A stretch of DNA of 64,000 nt from Phallusia mammillata (Eukaryota): NCBI GenBank assembly GCA_965637545.1, contig OZ281501.1, positions 18,352,001 through 18,416,000 of the forward strand, in the 5' to 3' direction. The notes under the pieces are model-generated. The model was not told where the DNA came from, did not search any database, and was given only the letters and a program-made list of their open reading frames with translations. The first letter of the stretch is position 1, and each line of letters starts with the position of its first letter. The position numbers and the translations under genes are program-made. Shown here piece by piece: positions 27,187 through 40,617 of this stretch.

Positions 27187-30100
27187 ATGGTCAAAAATCG
27201 GTAAGTTACATATTGTTAATGTTGTTTTAAACTGTATTGATTACACTTAATCTTTTTTCTGTAGGAAGCCAATGAAATTGTTACAAAACCTTAAAATAAG
27301 CATTTCATTCATAATTATTTTGCCACAATTTGTATTTTTAGTATCAGTACAAACACTAAAAAAAATTGCGACCAAATGCAAATAGAAAATACTGAATCAG
27401 TTTTGTTTGGGGTTGGATTCGAACCCACGCTGTAATCACGCCATGCTGTTCCCGCCCACGGTTTTCGCTGCAGGGCAAAGTTCAATTTCCACGTGACCGC
27501 GGCATTTTTGTGGCCACTCAGCCGACGCAACATTGTATGACGACATAATTTCAATAACTGCGGTTGTAAATTCCATCACGTTTTGCTAAAACGGAATTTT
27601 TAGCTGACCCACAATGCAACAGTGCATACAATTGCGCGCGTTTTTTAATATTTGAAATTTGCGCTCATAGACGCAGCTTTTTGCATGGCAGTGCTGAAAC
27701 TTAACGTTTTTTTCTTCTCGTTTGGCTGTATGCAATTAGAACGTGGCTTAGTTGATGGTAACAATTTGTTTTTGTGATTTTAAAGCTAACAAATACCATG
27801 ATTTATAGTTAACCATTTAAATTGGAATCAGTACATATATAGACGTATGGTAGTAATACACCATTTTTGGGTTTATTTGAATTATCGAATTACCAGATAA
27901 CGTACTTAGATGATTTCGTTAGGTGGATTTTAAAACCTATAGTACTTTCAACCTGATTGTGAAATCGCTTGAATTCAGTCCAAAAGTTGGTCAAACGTTT
28001 AAAATCCTTTCCTGAATTTTCCTCGTGTGTTGGGTTCGTGTTTACGTGCAGTGTGCAGATGATAAGCAATCGGTTGTGTGTCTGACTTCCGCCAGACGCT
28101 TGTAAGCTCTCGTTTGCCCCTTGCGCGGGGAGCCATGTCCTGCTGCGAGCGACAAAAACTCACAGCAGACGTGTCAGACGAAATAATGACCGTTATCAAA
28201 CCGTTGCAGCTTCGCGACTGGCAGGTGCAAGGCGTTACACCTTTTTTTGCAAGGACGTTTACGGAAGGCGTTTTTAGATAATCGTCAGTGCTTTGTCCTC
28301 ATTTACGGCGGGTTGTAGCCTCTATGAATAGCTTCGCGCTGGTGAATGCATTCAATTGCAAGTGCGTGTTGTGAAAATGACAGTGGTAGGCCAAGGGTAC
28401 GTTGAAACTGACTTTTATGTTCACGCAGAGTAGGTGTAATGTAAAAACGCAAAACCCTTGATACTGTTACATTGGTTTAAGTTGTATTGATAGATGTAAT
28501 ACATCGTTCGTTCTGGTATTTGGCTTAGACGTTTGTGTAGTTAGTTCAATCTTCTACATCAAAGTAATCTCGAGTTTCAGCGGGTGTTTGTAGTTCAGTG
28601 TGTTTAAGAGATTTTGCTTTGTGTGCAGAGAACTTGTCTACTTGGTAACCCAGTTAGTTTCAACCACGTTAAGGTTTTGTCCCTTCCCATGGGTCACCGC
28701 GTGTTTGTACGATTAAAGTTATTTTCTGTCCTGAAAGTTCAGTTTCCAACAGAAGTAGATACACCTTAAATAGCTTGATCCAGGAATAAACTGTCAGGGA
28801 GCTGGTATTGCATACACAGATAAAGGGATATATTGTACTCCTGAATTTCAACAATCGCTTTGGTTGTTATCAGCGAAACGTGAATATGAATAAACAAAAT
28901 CATGAACTTGCACTGATGATAACAACAGCGATTGTTGAAATATCTGCACTACAATGTATTTGATACATTTAAGCTCTTTGGAACACTGTACACGGTTCTT
29001 TTCATAAGTTAAATGTGGAAAATAACGGCCCAAATAGACGTAAAAGCGACATGCTTTATATTTCAAACGTTTCTGCAAATGCTTATGTTTTCTGATTTTA
29101 ACAATAAATAGATCTGTTTGAAATTGCGAATTTATCACTTTATTTGTGTTTTGTCAACCTAGCTCTCTCTGCTTAGTTTGTTTGAAGCATTGTCGGTTGT
29201 TTGATAGGTCTGGGTCACTAGGTTATCAGTTATCTTATGTTAAGCAGAACCTCTGTTGGTGAGCCACTTTGGTAAACACAAACAACATTAAGTAAATTCG
29301 TTTAGCCTTATAAGTTCAGAAACGCTTCCCAAATCTCGACGTTTCTTGGCCACGTACTATTTTTGCCTTATTTAATCATTAGCGTACTAAGCGCATACGT
29401 GAAAGTATTAAAATCTGTATGAAATCAAAAGGATTTTTATTCGTCTTAAACGTGGTCGCGCACTCGAAAATCTTTTCCAACTTAATTGTCATCAATTGAT
29501 TCCGATGTTTTTTTAGTAGAAGATAATAATCAGATAACATAAGGTTAGTGCGATTACCAGCTAATTCCCATCCGTATTATTCACCTTTCTAAATACTAAC
29601 GGCCCTCAAGCACCACCTTTTCTTGAAGTTTTCTTGGGTTTTGTCTACCTTGAATTTTTCAATCGCTAGGGGGCGCAACGCATCACCGATTAGTGACATA
29701 AAGGAAATTGTGCGTTTAACCGAAGCTCTAAACATTTATGTAGATCTATGTACAGTTTTTGTAGCCATGTATTTTAGTAGCCACGACATGTGTTGAACGT
29801 GTAGCGATGTAATACGCGTTATGTATATTGTCCGTTACACCACAATTCCCGTTAGGCTTGGGAACGTGAGAAATATAAAACAAATCCGTAACATTGCAGC
29901 CAATGATCTGTCTACTACACAAATCGTCGATCGAACCGTTTAATGCAGCCACCATAGCTGGACGAAATCACAGCAAGATTAAAACAACCCCCCTTTCAAT
30001 GCGGCCTAATTCTATTGTCCTGGCGCCACAAACAGTTTTGTGCTTTTTTTTCGTTCCCAGAACGTCTCTTAAAATCCCTGACACGATAATTACTCTAGTT

Positions 30101-33100
30101 ATTATGGCAAACACAACAACGTTGTTGCAAGTGGGTGGCTGTATTGAAAGGGTTTGTTTCGTTTGTATGGAGATTGTTCGTTCATAATGCCACTATTGTT
30201 TTTGAATTCTTCGGGCAAAATTTACTAGAAGCTGTAGTAAGCATTCGCGTTTTTTACAAAAACCTGAAGTTGGAAGTTATTTTTGTTTTTGAACAAGCTT
30301 TAATTCGACTGAGATATTACCTCTGTTTTACAATTTAAGCCGAGTTTAGCGCCCAGTATAAAATACAAGCGATACTTAAGACCGAAGTTGGCCTTACCAC
30401 GAGGCGCGTTTTTGACAAGTGCAATTTGCGGAAATACGATACCGAATATTACCGATTACTTGTTACAGAAGAAGTTTTTAGCCGAATTTGAGCCTCTATT
30501 ATTAGTTATTACCACTTGTGCCAAGAAGAGACATGACCTATTATAATTTTATTATAATACCTTTTTTACAGCCTTTAATTACAGACAATGTGTTTGAACT
30601 CATGTTGAATTTTATAAGTAAACTTGATTAAATACTTTTGTTTTGTTTAAATCGTCATGGTTATCAGGTAAGATAAATTCTCCAGTTACACACTTAATCG
30701 ATTTACAAAACAAACTTTTTATCGAAATAGTAATTTTTTTGGGGGGTTGCATAACCAAACTTGTAAAACGTGACAGGGGTATTAACTATGTCAAGGTTTT
30801 CTAAACTTGTTAGATAACGACCCCTTTGATTTTTTCGTACATTTTTTGTGTTGTGCTTCAGTTATGACGTTGTGTTCTGTTTTCAGTTATGTTATTATGA
30901 CCGAACGGAAAAAAACTACAATTTATGTAGATCAGTTTGTATTTTGCGCCCCCTAAAAAACTTTCGATTGACCCTTAGTGTAAAAAGCCTTGAACTTGAA
31001 TATTAACATTTATTTTATTTCCAGTAAAGCTGAAACAGCAAAGAAAGTTGAAGGAAGCAAACTTACGACAACAGCTCGATCTGCGTCCAGCAGCAAAAAG
31101 ACGAAAAAACGTGCGAGAGAACCAGAATCGGAAAAGAAAGAAAACAGCGCGACTGTAGAGGTACGGATCAAGATTTACATAACCCTATATTAACTTATGC
31201 TAATTTTTCTACAGACTTAAAGTTTAGGAGATTTTTTATAAATATTGGCAAAATTTATAACCGTGACATACAAGGTTTTAAATCTCTATATCTTTAAATC
31301 TTTAAATCTCTGAATTCTGTTGTCTTAATGAAATCCTAATTCCAGCACAAATATGTAAAATTATTGTGTGAAAATGAGTACATTTTTAATTCTATTTCAA
31401 ATTATAGTAAATGTTTATTTCAAAGTTTAACGCGTTGTATTGGTTGTTTAAAATTCAGCAGGACACCCTTGCACCTAAACGCCAGTGTACCATGGATTCA
31501 AACATCGGAAATCGAAGACAAAAATTCCATGAAAAGGTAAATATTTTCCTACAGTCAAACAGTTCTGGTTCTTCTTTTGGGAAGGTTCAAAACTTTACCA
31601 ATTTGCCAAAAATATCCGCCAAAAAACAAATATGGGTGTATTTTACCATTTCAAAAGTTACCTTATAAAAAAATGAATATGTCGAAAAACTACAGGCTGT
31701 TATATACATATCTACAAAAAGCTTGACATTCTGTAATATAATAGCAAAACTTTATAACAGCAGTGTGTGTAAATCGAGTTAAAACAGTCCCAATACTACA
31801 ACACACAAAACTCGTGTCAACAAGACGCAACAGTAAACCGCTGTACGTCAGCCTTATATCTGTGCTCGTGTCCGGACAAGTTGGGTTTGGCGGTTGCTTC
31901 AATTTCGCGAACTTAGTCTGTCCGCTAGCTCGCTCGCCACACGTTGCAACCGACAATAGCTTCAAATAGTTCAGCTCAGTTAAGTTGTGTTTTCGCAGGT
32001 TAAGTTAGGTTTAATAGAAAGTTGAGTTTATTTCGCTTGGTGAAACAAAGTATAGCGACACAAAATTGCACAAGAACAGTCAGAAAGTCAGAATTAGTTG
32101 CACAACGTTAAAATGTTACAGCGTGTAAACAAATACCAATATGTGACTATGTTATCAACAGCTTTGAGATGTATAGTGTTATTTATATGTACTGTATAAA
32201 TTAAATTATAAGGTAGTAGCAATGGAGATATAGTTGAGTCGTTAAAACTGAGGTAATAGAAGAATAGCTACGTATCAGGCTAAATCAAGTAAACACAAAT
32301 AAGGTTACATGTTGTGTATTACAGATACCTCATAGTAAAGCCTGAGGTACTTACAAGCAGTTTTGTTGATACATATTTCTGGTTGTATAATTAAGCACAG
32401 AACATCCAGTGGCTTTACAGATTCTCAGGTTTCCGAACTATCTTAGTACAAGTTTGTCCAACTTCAGTGGAGCTTCTGTATTCTCGTGTCTATATTTACT
32501 AATTATTGACGTCATGACTGACGTAACAATGATGTTTTGGGTTGATTTTTTCTGCAAACCAGGTTTATGTTTTAACATTGAAACATTGCTAATCACATAA
32601 CTGTCACCATCAGAGCGACTGGCGACCCACCGACGGCCAAATGTTCCCCACACCCCTCAAGGACGGCCCTGACGCCGAAAATGATGACGTCATAGTGCTG
32701 GGAAAGCCCTTGACGTCACCCCGCTGCCTGAGGAGCAAGCGGCCCGGAGCTTTGCAAGAGATCAACTCCGATGAGACTTCACATTATCAGTTTAGGAATA
32801 TTTTCACCCCCTGCTCCGTTTTACGTCCCTCACCTCTACCCACACTCAGGTATGTGTTACGTCACTATGTGTTCGATTATGTCATAGTGCTTGGTTACGT
32901 CATCGACCATGTCACATCTCTAAGGTGCTAACGTCTATTTGGCGTGTTGTATGAAAATCCTGTCTATTGCAAGACCCAAAAAACTTAAACAGATTTTAGT
33001 GACGAAATCTAGCAACACAGTTTTATTCAATGCCAGGGCGCTAGTAATGGAATGTAGTTGATAAAGATTAGCGTTTCACGTCGTAATATAACAAAAAAAA

Positions 33101-36100
33101 CAGCAAAAAAATGTTTCACAAAATTGTCAACAACTTGATCATGTCGAAGCTTTTGTGGTCGGTTGATTCGGGATTGTCTTAACGTTGTTCCGATTCGCAC
33201 ACTTGACCTTGTAATCAACAATAGCTCGGTTGGATGAAAGCGCAAACGCATCATTCTTCTCGGTAATAATAAGAACAACGACGCGATCTTATTATGTTTC
33301 GACCTATTTCGTTTTAATTGACATTTATGTGAATGTGGGTTTGTTAATTAAGCGGTCGGTTTGTGTGGAGTTAATTGAGTGTGTTGGATTAATGAGGTTT
33401 ATGGAGGCATTTCATGTTGGAGGTTCGACATAATTTGATAGTGACATGAGATATATGTTTATGCGTCATTTCTCTGCTCACCAAAGAAGGGCAAAAGGGG
33501 CGATTGTTGCGTTTTTTACACTGATTATGACTTTGCATTGCAATTGTTATAAACAGGAGCATACTTTGCTATTTGTAACATCAGTTTGTAAAGGTGTAAA
33601 CATATATATTAAGTCACAAATATACATATGTGCGGGCAATTGTATACTACCTTATTGGGCTTTCAATTACATTTTTACTGATATACTCGATTAACAGTCT
33701 TTTCCGAATTGCTGCATTGATTAAAATACAAAGCAACACCTTGCAAAAAATCAGATTAGATTAGTGTAAATCGAAGAAACGTTTCATAGTGCAACAGTTT
33801 GTTTAGCTGCCGTTGGGATTCGAACCGTTGACCCTTGTAACTTGGGGTATGCCTGGCTCTAAATATTTGCTTAAGCTGGGTTAGCCTGTGCTTGCCCATT
33901 TGTGCAAATAATTCGGGCAACGTTTTTGAGATTGACGTCATATTATACATGTGGTAATAGTAGGTGCTAAATGGACGACTTTTAAACATTTCTTCTTTTT
34001 AGAAGCAAAATTAGCGTTTTGTGGAGTTGATTCTGAGAAAATGGATTAAATACTCGAAAAATATGAATATTTTGGAAAGTAAATCAATGCAAATTTCCAA
34101 CAAACGAAAATACAACACAAAATCTGTTTACAATATATCAGAAACGTAGCCATCGGATAAACAGCTATCATTTTACAACAAACGTTACAAATGGTTATTA
34201 CGTCACACACGCCGATTCAACCGTTTCCCCACACCGCCCTCCTGTGCCATTGTTTGCTTTTGTGAGATCATAATCGCCCTTATGACATGTTACGACGTGC
34301 CGGGACTCGTTTACGGTTTTCATCTCCGAGAGCTTTTCCGGCCTGTGATTGGCTGAGCCGTGCCACGTGACTTTGTTTACTGACGTTTGCAGTGTACCGG
34401 CATGTTTACGTCACTGCTTGTTGATATTGGTGATTTAAAGTGGAATTGGCAGCTGTTGCGGATTTTTACAGCAAAGCATTGCACGCGTTTTTGTGTGACA
34501 AAACATGCGCATAAGAGGTCAATGAAAGATTTTTTAAAAAAGCTAATTGTGTGTTTGCGGTATAAATGAATCTTTCGTTTGGTTTTAGTGACGGTTATGT
34601 GTTAATATAGAGTTTTTGGTGATTTAAGGTTTTGCAAAACTGTTTTTTTTCTCATGCTCAGCCAGTCAAAAAAATTGGTGCAAAAAAGAATGCACAAAAA
34701 AGGCATATAAGAGATACTTTAATTAGTTAATTATGCATTTACGGTTTCAATGAAACTATTAATTGGCTTTACTTGCGTATTTGTGTCAATTTATTTTTTG
34801 TGTGACGTCCTTTTAGTGGACAAGTTTTGAATGAGAAAGCAAAACTAAGATCCGTTTTCCCATGCTTAACCATTTACCCAACGAACAGTGTCTCACAATT
34901 AGCCCCCTTGGGTTTGCTGTGAAAATTCCAATCAATTTCACAAACGATTCACTTTATCATATTTGCAAATGAGGCGAAACCGTTGCTCAATTCCGCCATC
35001 CTTGTTCTCATGCTTACAAATCGATCAGCGGAAAATGATATTTTGCATCGATTCAATCGCGACTTTGATTGTGACGCGCGCGCAGTTGGAACGCGGAAGC
35101 TCTCGCGCTAACAAGCGAGTAATCGAGTTGCTTGTGGAACGTCTTGCGCGTATTCTAGAACGTGGGAATAATCGCGAGGTAGTTCGTTGTGGAACGGTTG
35201 TCGCGGCGTCACAAAACGGCCTCCTTCGTCCCATTGTTAGCAAACAAAGAGCGACATTCGACATTCGCTTTGTTGCAGCCGGTTCAGGCCTGCCCTCGAT
35301 GTCCGGACAAGTCTAATCACGTGATTTGGGCCGGGTTAAATGCCTCTATGAGCAAACAATGCTTAAACTTTCTTAGCTATAACTCGTGCTGCCGTCAAAA
35401 CGGGTTTGTGTGCATAGTTGTAACGTTTTAATGACGATTTTCGTGTACAAACAGTTGGAAAGGCAAGGCTTTAAATTTGCAGGTGTCTGGAGAGAATTTT
35501 AAGCAGTAATGTCTTTTCTATGAAATTGAAAGTAATTTAGACATTTCTATGAAAATACGACTGTTAACACGCCTTATTTCGGAATAAAACGCATTAAGCT
35601 GCAACAATGCACATTGTTTTGTCATCTAAGGTTTCATCAATGCAGCTGGTGACGAGACATACGCCCTATTGGTTAGTGTCGTCACCTTAAACACAATACA
35701 ATCCTTGTAATCACGCTTAAATGTTGCAGCAAAGTTTTATGCGGACATTACTTTGCAACACTAACAAAACAAACCAACTTCTACCACGTCAACTTTCCCA
35801 CATAAGCACCTGCTAAGCCACCTTTATCTGTGATCTCATATTACCAGCGTTGTTCGGTCACAATGCCCGAGTCGGATGTACTGATTGTTTTAGAAAGTCT
35901 TGTTTCCGTGTTGGATTTCAGGTCTACCACCTGCTAGCGCCTGAACGGCTGTGCTGTCAGTGTAGACAAGTGGCCCTGCTATTTAAACTCTGTCTTCTCA
36001 ACTATTCGTGTTATTTCTTTGTTAATTAGCTTGGAATGTCACTGGTTTAGTTGTTTAAAGGCTGCGTGGGATTTAAAGGGACCCGTAAATCGAAGTATAC

Positions 36101-39100
36101 TAGGTTTTATCGAGCTTGTTATAGCGTACATGTAGCTTTGGACATTGTAGGGCCGATGTAGCAGTCGTTTTTAGTGGCTGTGGAACAATGTATTTGAATT
36201 GCAATCATTTTTTGACATCGTTGACACTATCTATTTCTCTTAAGTGTTGTCTATTGAAACCACGTATGTTTTCCTAAATTGTGGGTGTTTATTATCTAAC
36301 AATAACCTCTCGTTTATCGAAACTGAAAATTTAAATTGTAATGAGAAAAGTTTTGCAAAAACAATTGCACTTATACTGTACCCACTATTCCTAAACCCGG
36401 AAAAGCGCTTTATCGCAAACTTAACGCCTAACCACGTGGGCAGTATTTATAAATTGCAATTTTTGTGGCTAAAAACTTCCTTATTTGCTTGACGAGGTTA
36501 TAACAACTTCACTTTGTTATGATACGACGCCCGGGTTTGGTTCTAGGCACCACTGAGTCTCTCATGGACACATTTAAATAGCCGCGGTTTTATTGTGTTA
36601 CCCACGAAGGCATTGATTCACCCAGTTAGATTTCTGCCCAAGGGAGCTATCGTTTGTCGGTGGGACGTGTAGAAAGGATATGGGATTTGTCTGAGAGCGG
36701 ATGCCACCCTTTTTTCTCTGCCGCTGGTCTCGTATAAAAGAGAGCGCGTTTGTTTAGTTTGCTACGACAGTTTGTCTCAGTCTGCTAGAGTGTATTTTAG
36801 TGATTTGAGCGTTGGTTTATATTCTAGATTTTATAGTGTGTTCTGTCATGCAGCTGTAAGGTATGAAATGCAATATTAGCTAGAAATATAAACAATATTG
36901 TAAAGCTATGAGGCGCTATGTATTGCAAATATAGGATTTTAAGATTAGCATAAACTACTATCTGTTTGAAATGCGTTTTCATAAACTTTAAATGTTAGCT
37001 GAAAATTATACAATGATTGTGTGAAATATGTTATCACCTGTTATTAGACGATTGTAAAGTTTGGTATTTTTGTGGGAGCTTACGCATTTCTGGTTAGTTT
37101 TCTAAATATGTAGGTCGTTTTTATGAATGGAAGCGTGGCCTCCTTTGGGAGTTACTGATGTGTGTCGACCTCTCCCCTTCTGTTCTGTTGTCAAAAACTT
37201 TCAGTTGTCCGTCTGTAAGCAAAAACAACAAACATACAATATGTCAGAGTTTTAATATGTGAGACTAGATTGGTAGACATTCCGAAAACCTTGTAACAAA
37301 AACCCAAGTTGTATTAGTTCAGTTGTACTTACAATGTTTCTAATATTTCCAGATACTTTTAAGTAAATATTTAAACAAAACCTAGCCCTTAAATTCAATA
37401 TGGTTATGCACGCTGTGTATGTACGCACCACCTTCGTTAATAAGTATCTGCAAACAGAAAGGTAAGAATATCGCTTTGGTCGTGTTTGATAACTTGTAGC
37501 CGATTTTCGAGTGCCATGCTTTCTCCTAAACTTTGTCTATTTGAATATGCCGACATGGCGAGGCTATGGGTTTAAAGTAAAGTGGCCTTTTTGTTGTGGT
37601 GTGAGCATTTTTTCCAATTCGTCCTGCTCGGTTGGGAACTAAGTGTACATTTTATACTTTCTATGGATTTCCCATGGCCTGTACTACTTACTTTAGCTCT
37701 GTTTTCCTCAACACAAATTGGCAATTTCAATGCCAGTTATTTTCGGTATAAAAGCCGTTTTAAAGGAAATCGCCTAATTTAGTTAACTTAACGATATCGG
37801 TTAAGATGAACATGAGTTTATAACTGTGATCAGCCCTGAAGCGTCGATGCAGACCAGCGATCACGGCACTCACATATAAATGATATCCAGTATAACGCTT
37901 TTAATAGGCCTGGCGTATAATAATGTACTTGCTAATACGTTATGGTTCACTGCACTAAACTAGTTCGCAACCTACTTTAAACCCGGTTTGCTGTAAACAC
38001 TGTTAGCTGTTTTGTTTTCAACTGATTTAAACATTGGTTTATTTTTTAGTTGGGCTGACTCGGACGAGCTATGGAAGTCCATGGTGTGCAAGGAACCAGC
38101 CTATGAGAGACACAGCACTTATATGGATAAACACGCTGATCTACAGCCAAGAATGCGATCCATTCTCCTGGACTGGATTATGGAGGTAGGTTGAAATTAC
38201 TTTGTCGCGCTTTATAACGTTTCAACGTTGCGTGGTTTGGTGAACATTTTAGAGCAACTGTGCTGCTAAGATTTGTTTCATTGCGAAATGAACTCAACCA
38301 CATATTAACATAAGCACGGAATACAACGCAGTGCTTTAAAACGAACCTTTTATAATGTGTTAAATTACAACTTATAAACGAAATAAAACTGTTTTGTGTG
38401 AAACGACTGAGGTTATTTAATATAGGAGACGTTTGGAACTTTGTGTGGTCGGTTTAATGAGTAACTTTGCGCATTTGTCTCTAATCCAATCTTTCCTTTA
38501 AAGCTTTTACCACATTTGACTTAACAAGGTACAAAGTGTTAGTAATACTCATATCTTTGCAGGTATGTGAAGTTTACGCTTTACATCGTGAAACCTTCTA
38601 CCTAGCAGTGGATTACATCGACAGATACCTCACTAACACCAAAAATATTCACAAAACCCGTCTGCAACTTGTCGGAGTAACCGCTCTTTTTATCGCAGCA
38701 AAACTTGAGGTAGGGAGTCTAAAAAAGAAAAAGTTTTTCTTGTAATTATAATTCAATGGACGGCTGCACAAATATTTACACCCATAGTGTGAAATCAGCG
38801 TTTGTCATCTGTTTTAAACTTGATTTAAGTTGATCGTTGTACTGTTGCTTTAAATGTTGTTGTACTATAATATGTACAAATTTTAAAATATACTTAACTA
38901 AATCATTTAATGATCTGCAGTGACCTTTTGCTCCCGGTGACCTGTAGTAACCCTTGAACTTTAATTTCTTCAGGAAATTTACCCACCCAAGCTCAGCGAC
39001 TTTGCTTACGTCACTGACGGAGCTTGCACGGAGGAAGAAATTTTGTCACAAGAACTCCTGATGCTTAGCACCCTCAAGTGGTCATTGTCGCCCATTACCG

Positions 39101-40617
39101 CCATCGCGTGGCTGAACGTGTACCTGCAAACAGCGCACACAGCATTCTCGCCGAACCCGAACCCGTCCACCGCTTTTTTTCTGCCGCAGTATCCTCAAGA
39201 AACGTTTGTCCACATAGCGCAGGTAGGAAGAATGCATTGAAGTCTTGTTTAAATTTTAGTGATAAATTTTCCTTTATTGGAAAGGTTTTGCAAATAACTA
39301 GGAATATTGAGGCGTTGTAAGCACTTGTTAATTATAAATTGATTTGCTTTTTGACAAATTCTGTTTCAATTTAAAAAAGTGTTTATAATGTAAAGTGTAT
39401 ATTTGCATATAAGTCAAAGTAAGGCCTATTAAAAGCCTTCATTTGCGCATAATTAACATGGCAATACACTTTTTTACTGGTGCTAAATTTGTATAACTCC
39501 CATTACACTTCGCACAAATGTGTTTCAACAATAAAACTTTGCATGTTATATACAATAATAAAATACACTTGATTATTTGCACTGTATAACATTATCCACC
39601 CGTTTCACACAAGATTTTTCTTTCATCCACAGTTGTTAGATCTTTGCATCCTGGACATTGAGAGTCTGGATTTCAATCCTGGAGTCATCGCAGCATCAGC
39701 TCTTTATCATTTCTCATCACGTGAGCTAGCAACACAAGTGTCAGGATATCAGTTCCAAGATATCGCTCCGGTAAGTTGTTTTTTTGGGGGTTTTATTTCC
39801 ACACATTAGAATAGGCCAGACTTATGTGTGATTCATACCAACTTACTATGGTTCTGCAGCTAAAATGTAGTTTTTTTCTGTTTAAAACACGATTTTAGGT
39901 GAAAAATGGTTTACCTAAGTTTAATAGAGTTCTACATTTAATGGTCTAAGTTTAGACATCGTTTTTTAGGTTAAAAATGGTTTACCTAATTTTAATAGGG
40001 TTCTACATTTAAATATGTATCGATAGTTAGTACGAAAAACATGCAATTTTGAAATTGGTAATTTAGTTGTACGATTTTTTTAACTGATAAATATTCTGTT
40101 CGCAGTGTGTCCACTGGCTGGCGCCCTTTGCTATCACGGTCCGAGATACGGGACTTCAGCCTCTGAAACAATTCAAGCGGGTTGCAGACAGCGACGCTCA
40201 TAATATTCAGATGCACGTCAACAATATTGATATTCTGGTAAGCCTTGTTATGTGTTAAATGTGAAACTATTGACTTAATTTGTATATCATAGTTCGCTAA
40301 GCCTATAAGCGGCCTTGTATCGGATCAAGCTTTACCCAACCATTGCCAAACTTTCTATCCAAATTTCTAAGGCCTAGGCTAGAAAAAGGCATTAAAAAAG
40401 GATTTTAAACGTCAATTAGTATTACATGTATGTGTTCAATTTTATGGTTCTAACCATGATTTGTTTGGTTTAACAGGACGCCGCATTCGAAAACCGGAAC
40501 CAAGTCCAGACCCAGTTGGCCATGTGCCAGTCACCCACCGAAATCGGGGGTTTTATGACACCCCCTAAAAGCGGGCAGAAAAACGACCCCCATCAAGAGC
40601 GGATGTGCAGCAGCTAA
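27187..40617 (+). CDS. CCNE: G1/S-specific cyclin E, about 468 aa, 10 coding exons
   Basis: Exons 27187-27200, 31025-31160, 31459-31536, 32614-32849, 38050-38185, 38563-38709, 38974-39222, 39633-39770, 40106-40237, 40477-40617 (1407 nt). Cyclin box [68 protein letters not shown]-terminal PTP site and C-terminal Fbw7 phosphodegron FMTPPKS. The first coding exon is the least certain because alternatives exist. Confidence 0.95.
36733..36860 (+). promoter_or_regulatory. Internal TATA promoter and candidate alternative first exon of cyclin E
   Basis: TATAAAAG at 36733, Inr-like CAGTT at 36768, tandem donors CT|GTAAGG (36855) and AG|GTATGA (36860). Confidence 0.55.
39893..40011. repeat. Local tandem duplication in a cyclin E intron
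   Basis: TTTTAGGTxAAAAATGGTTTACCTAAxTTTAATAGxGTTCTACATTTAA is present twice, about 70 bp apart. Confidence 0.8.

Noticed and set aside
31869-35314. p53 response elements (GGACAAGTCT/GGACAAGTT)
   Set aside because: Only single half-sites; adjacent decamers do not match RRRCWWGYYY.
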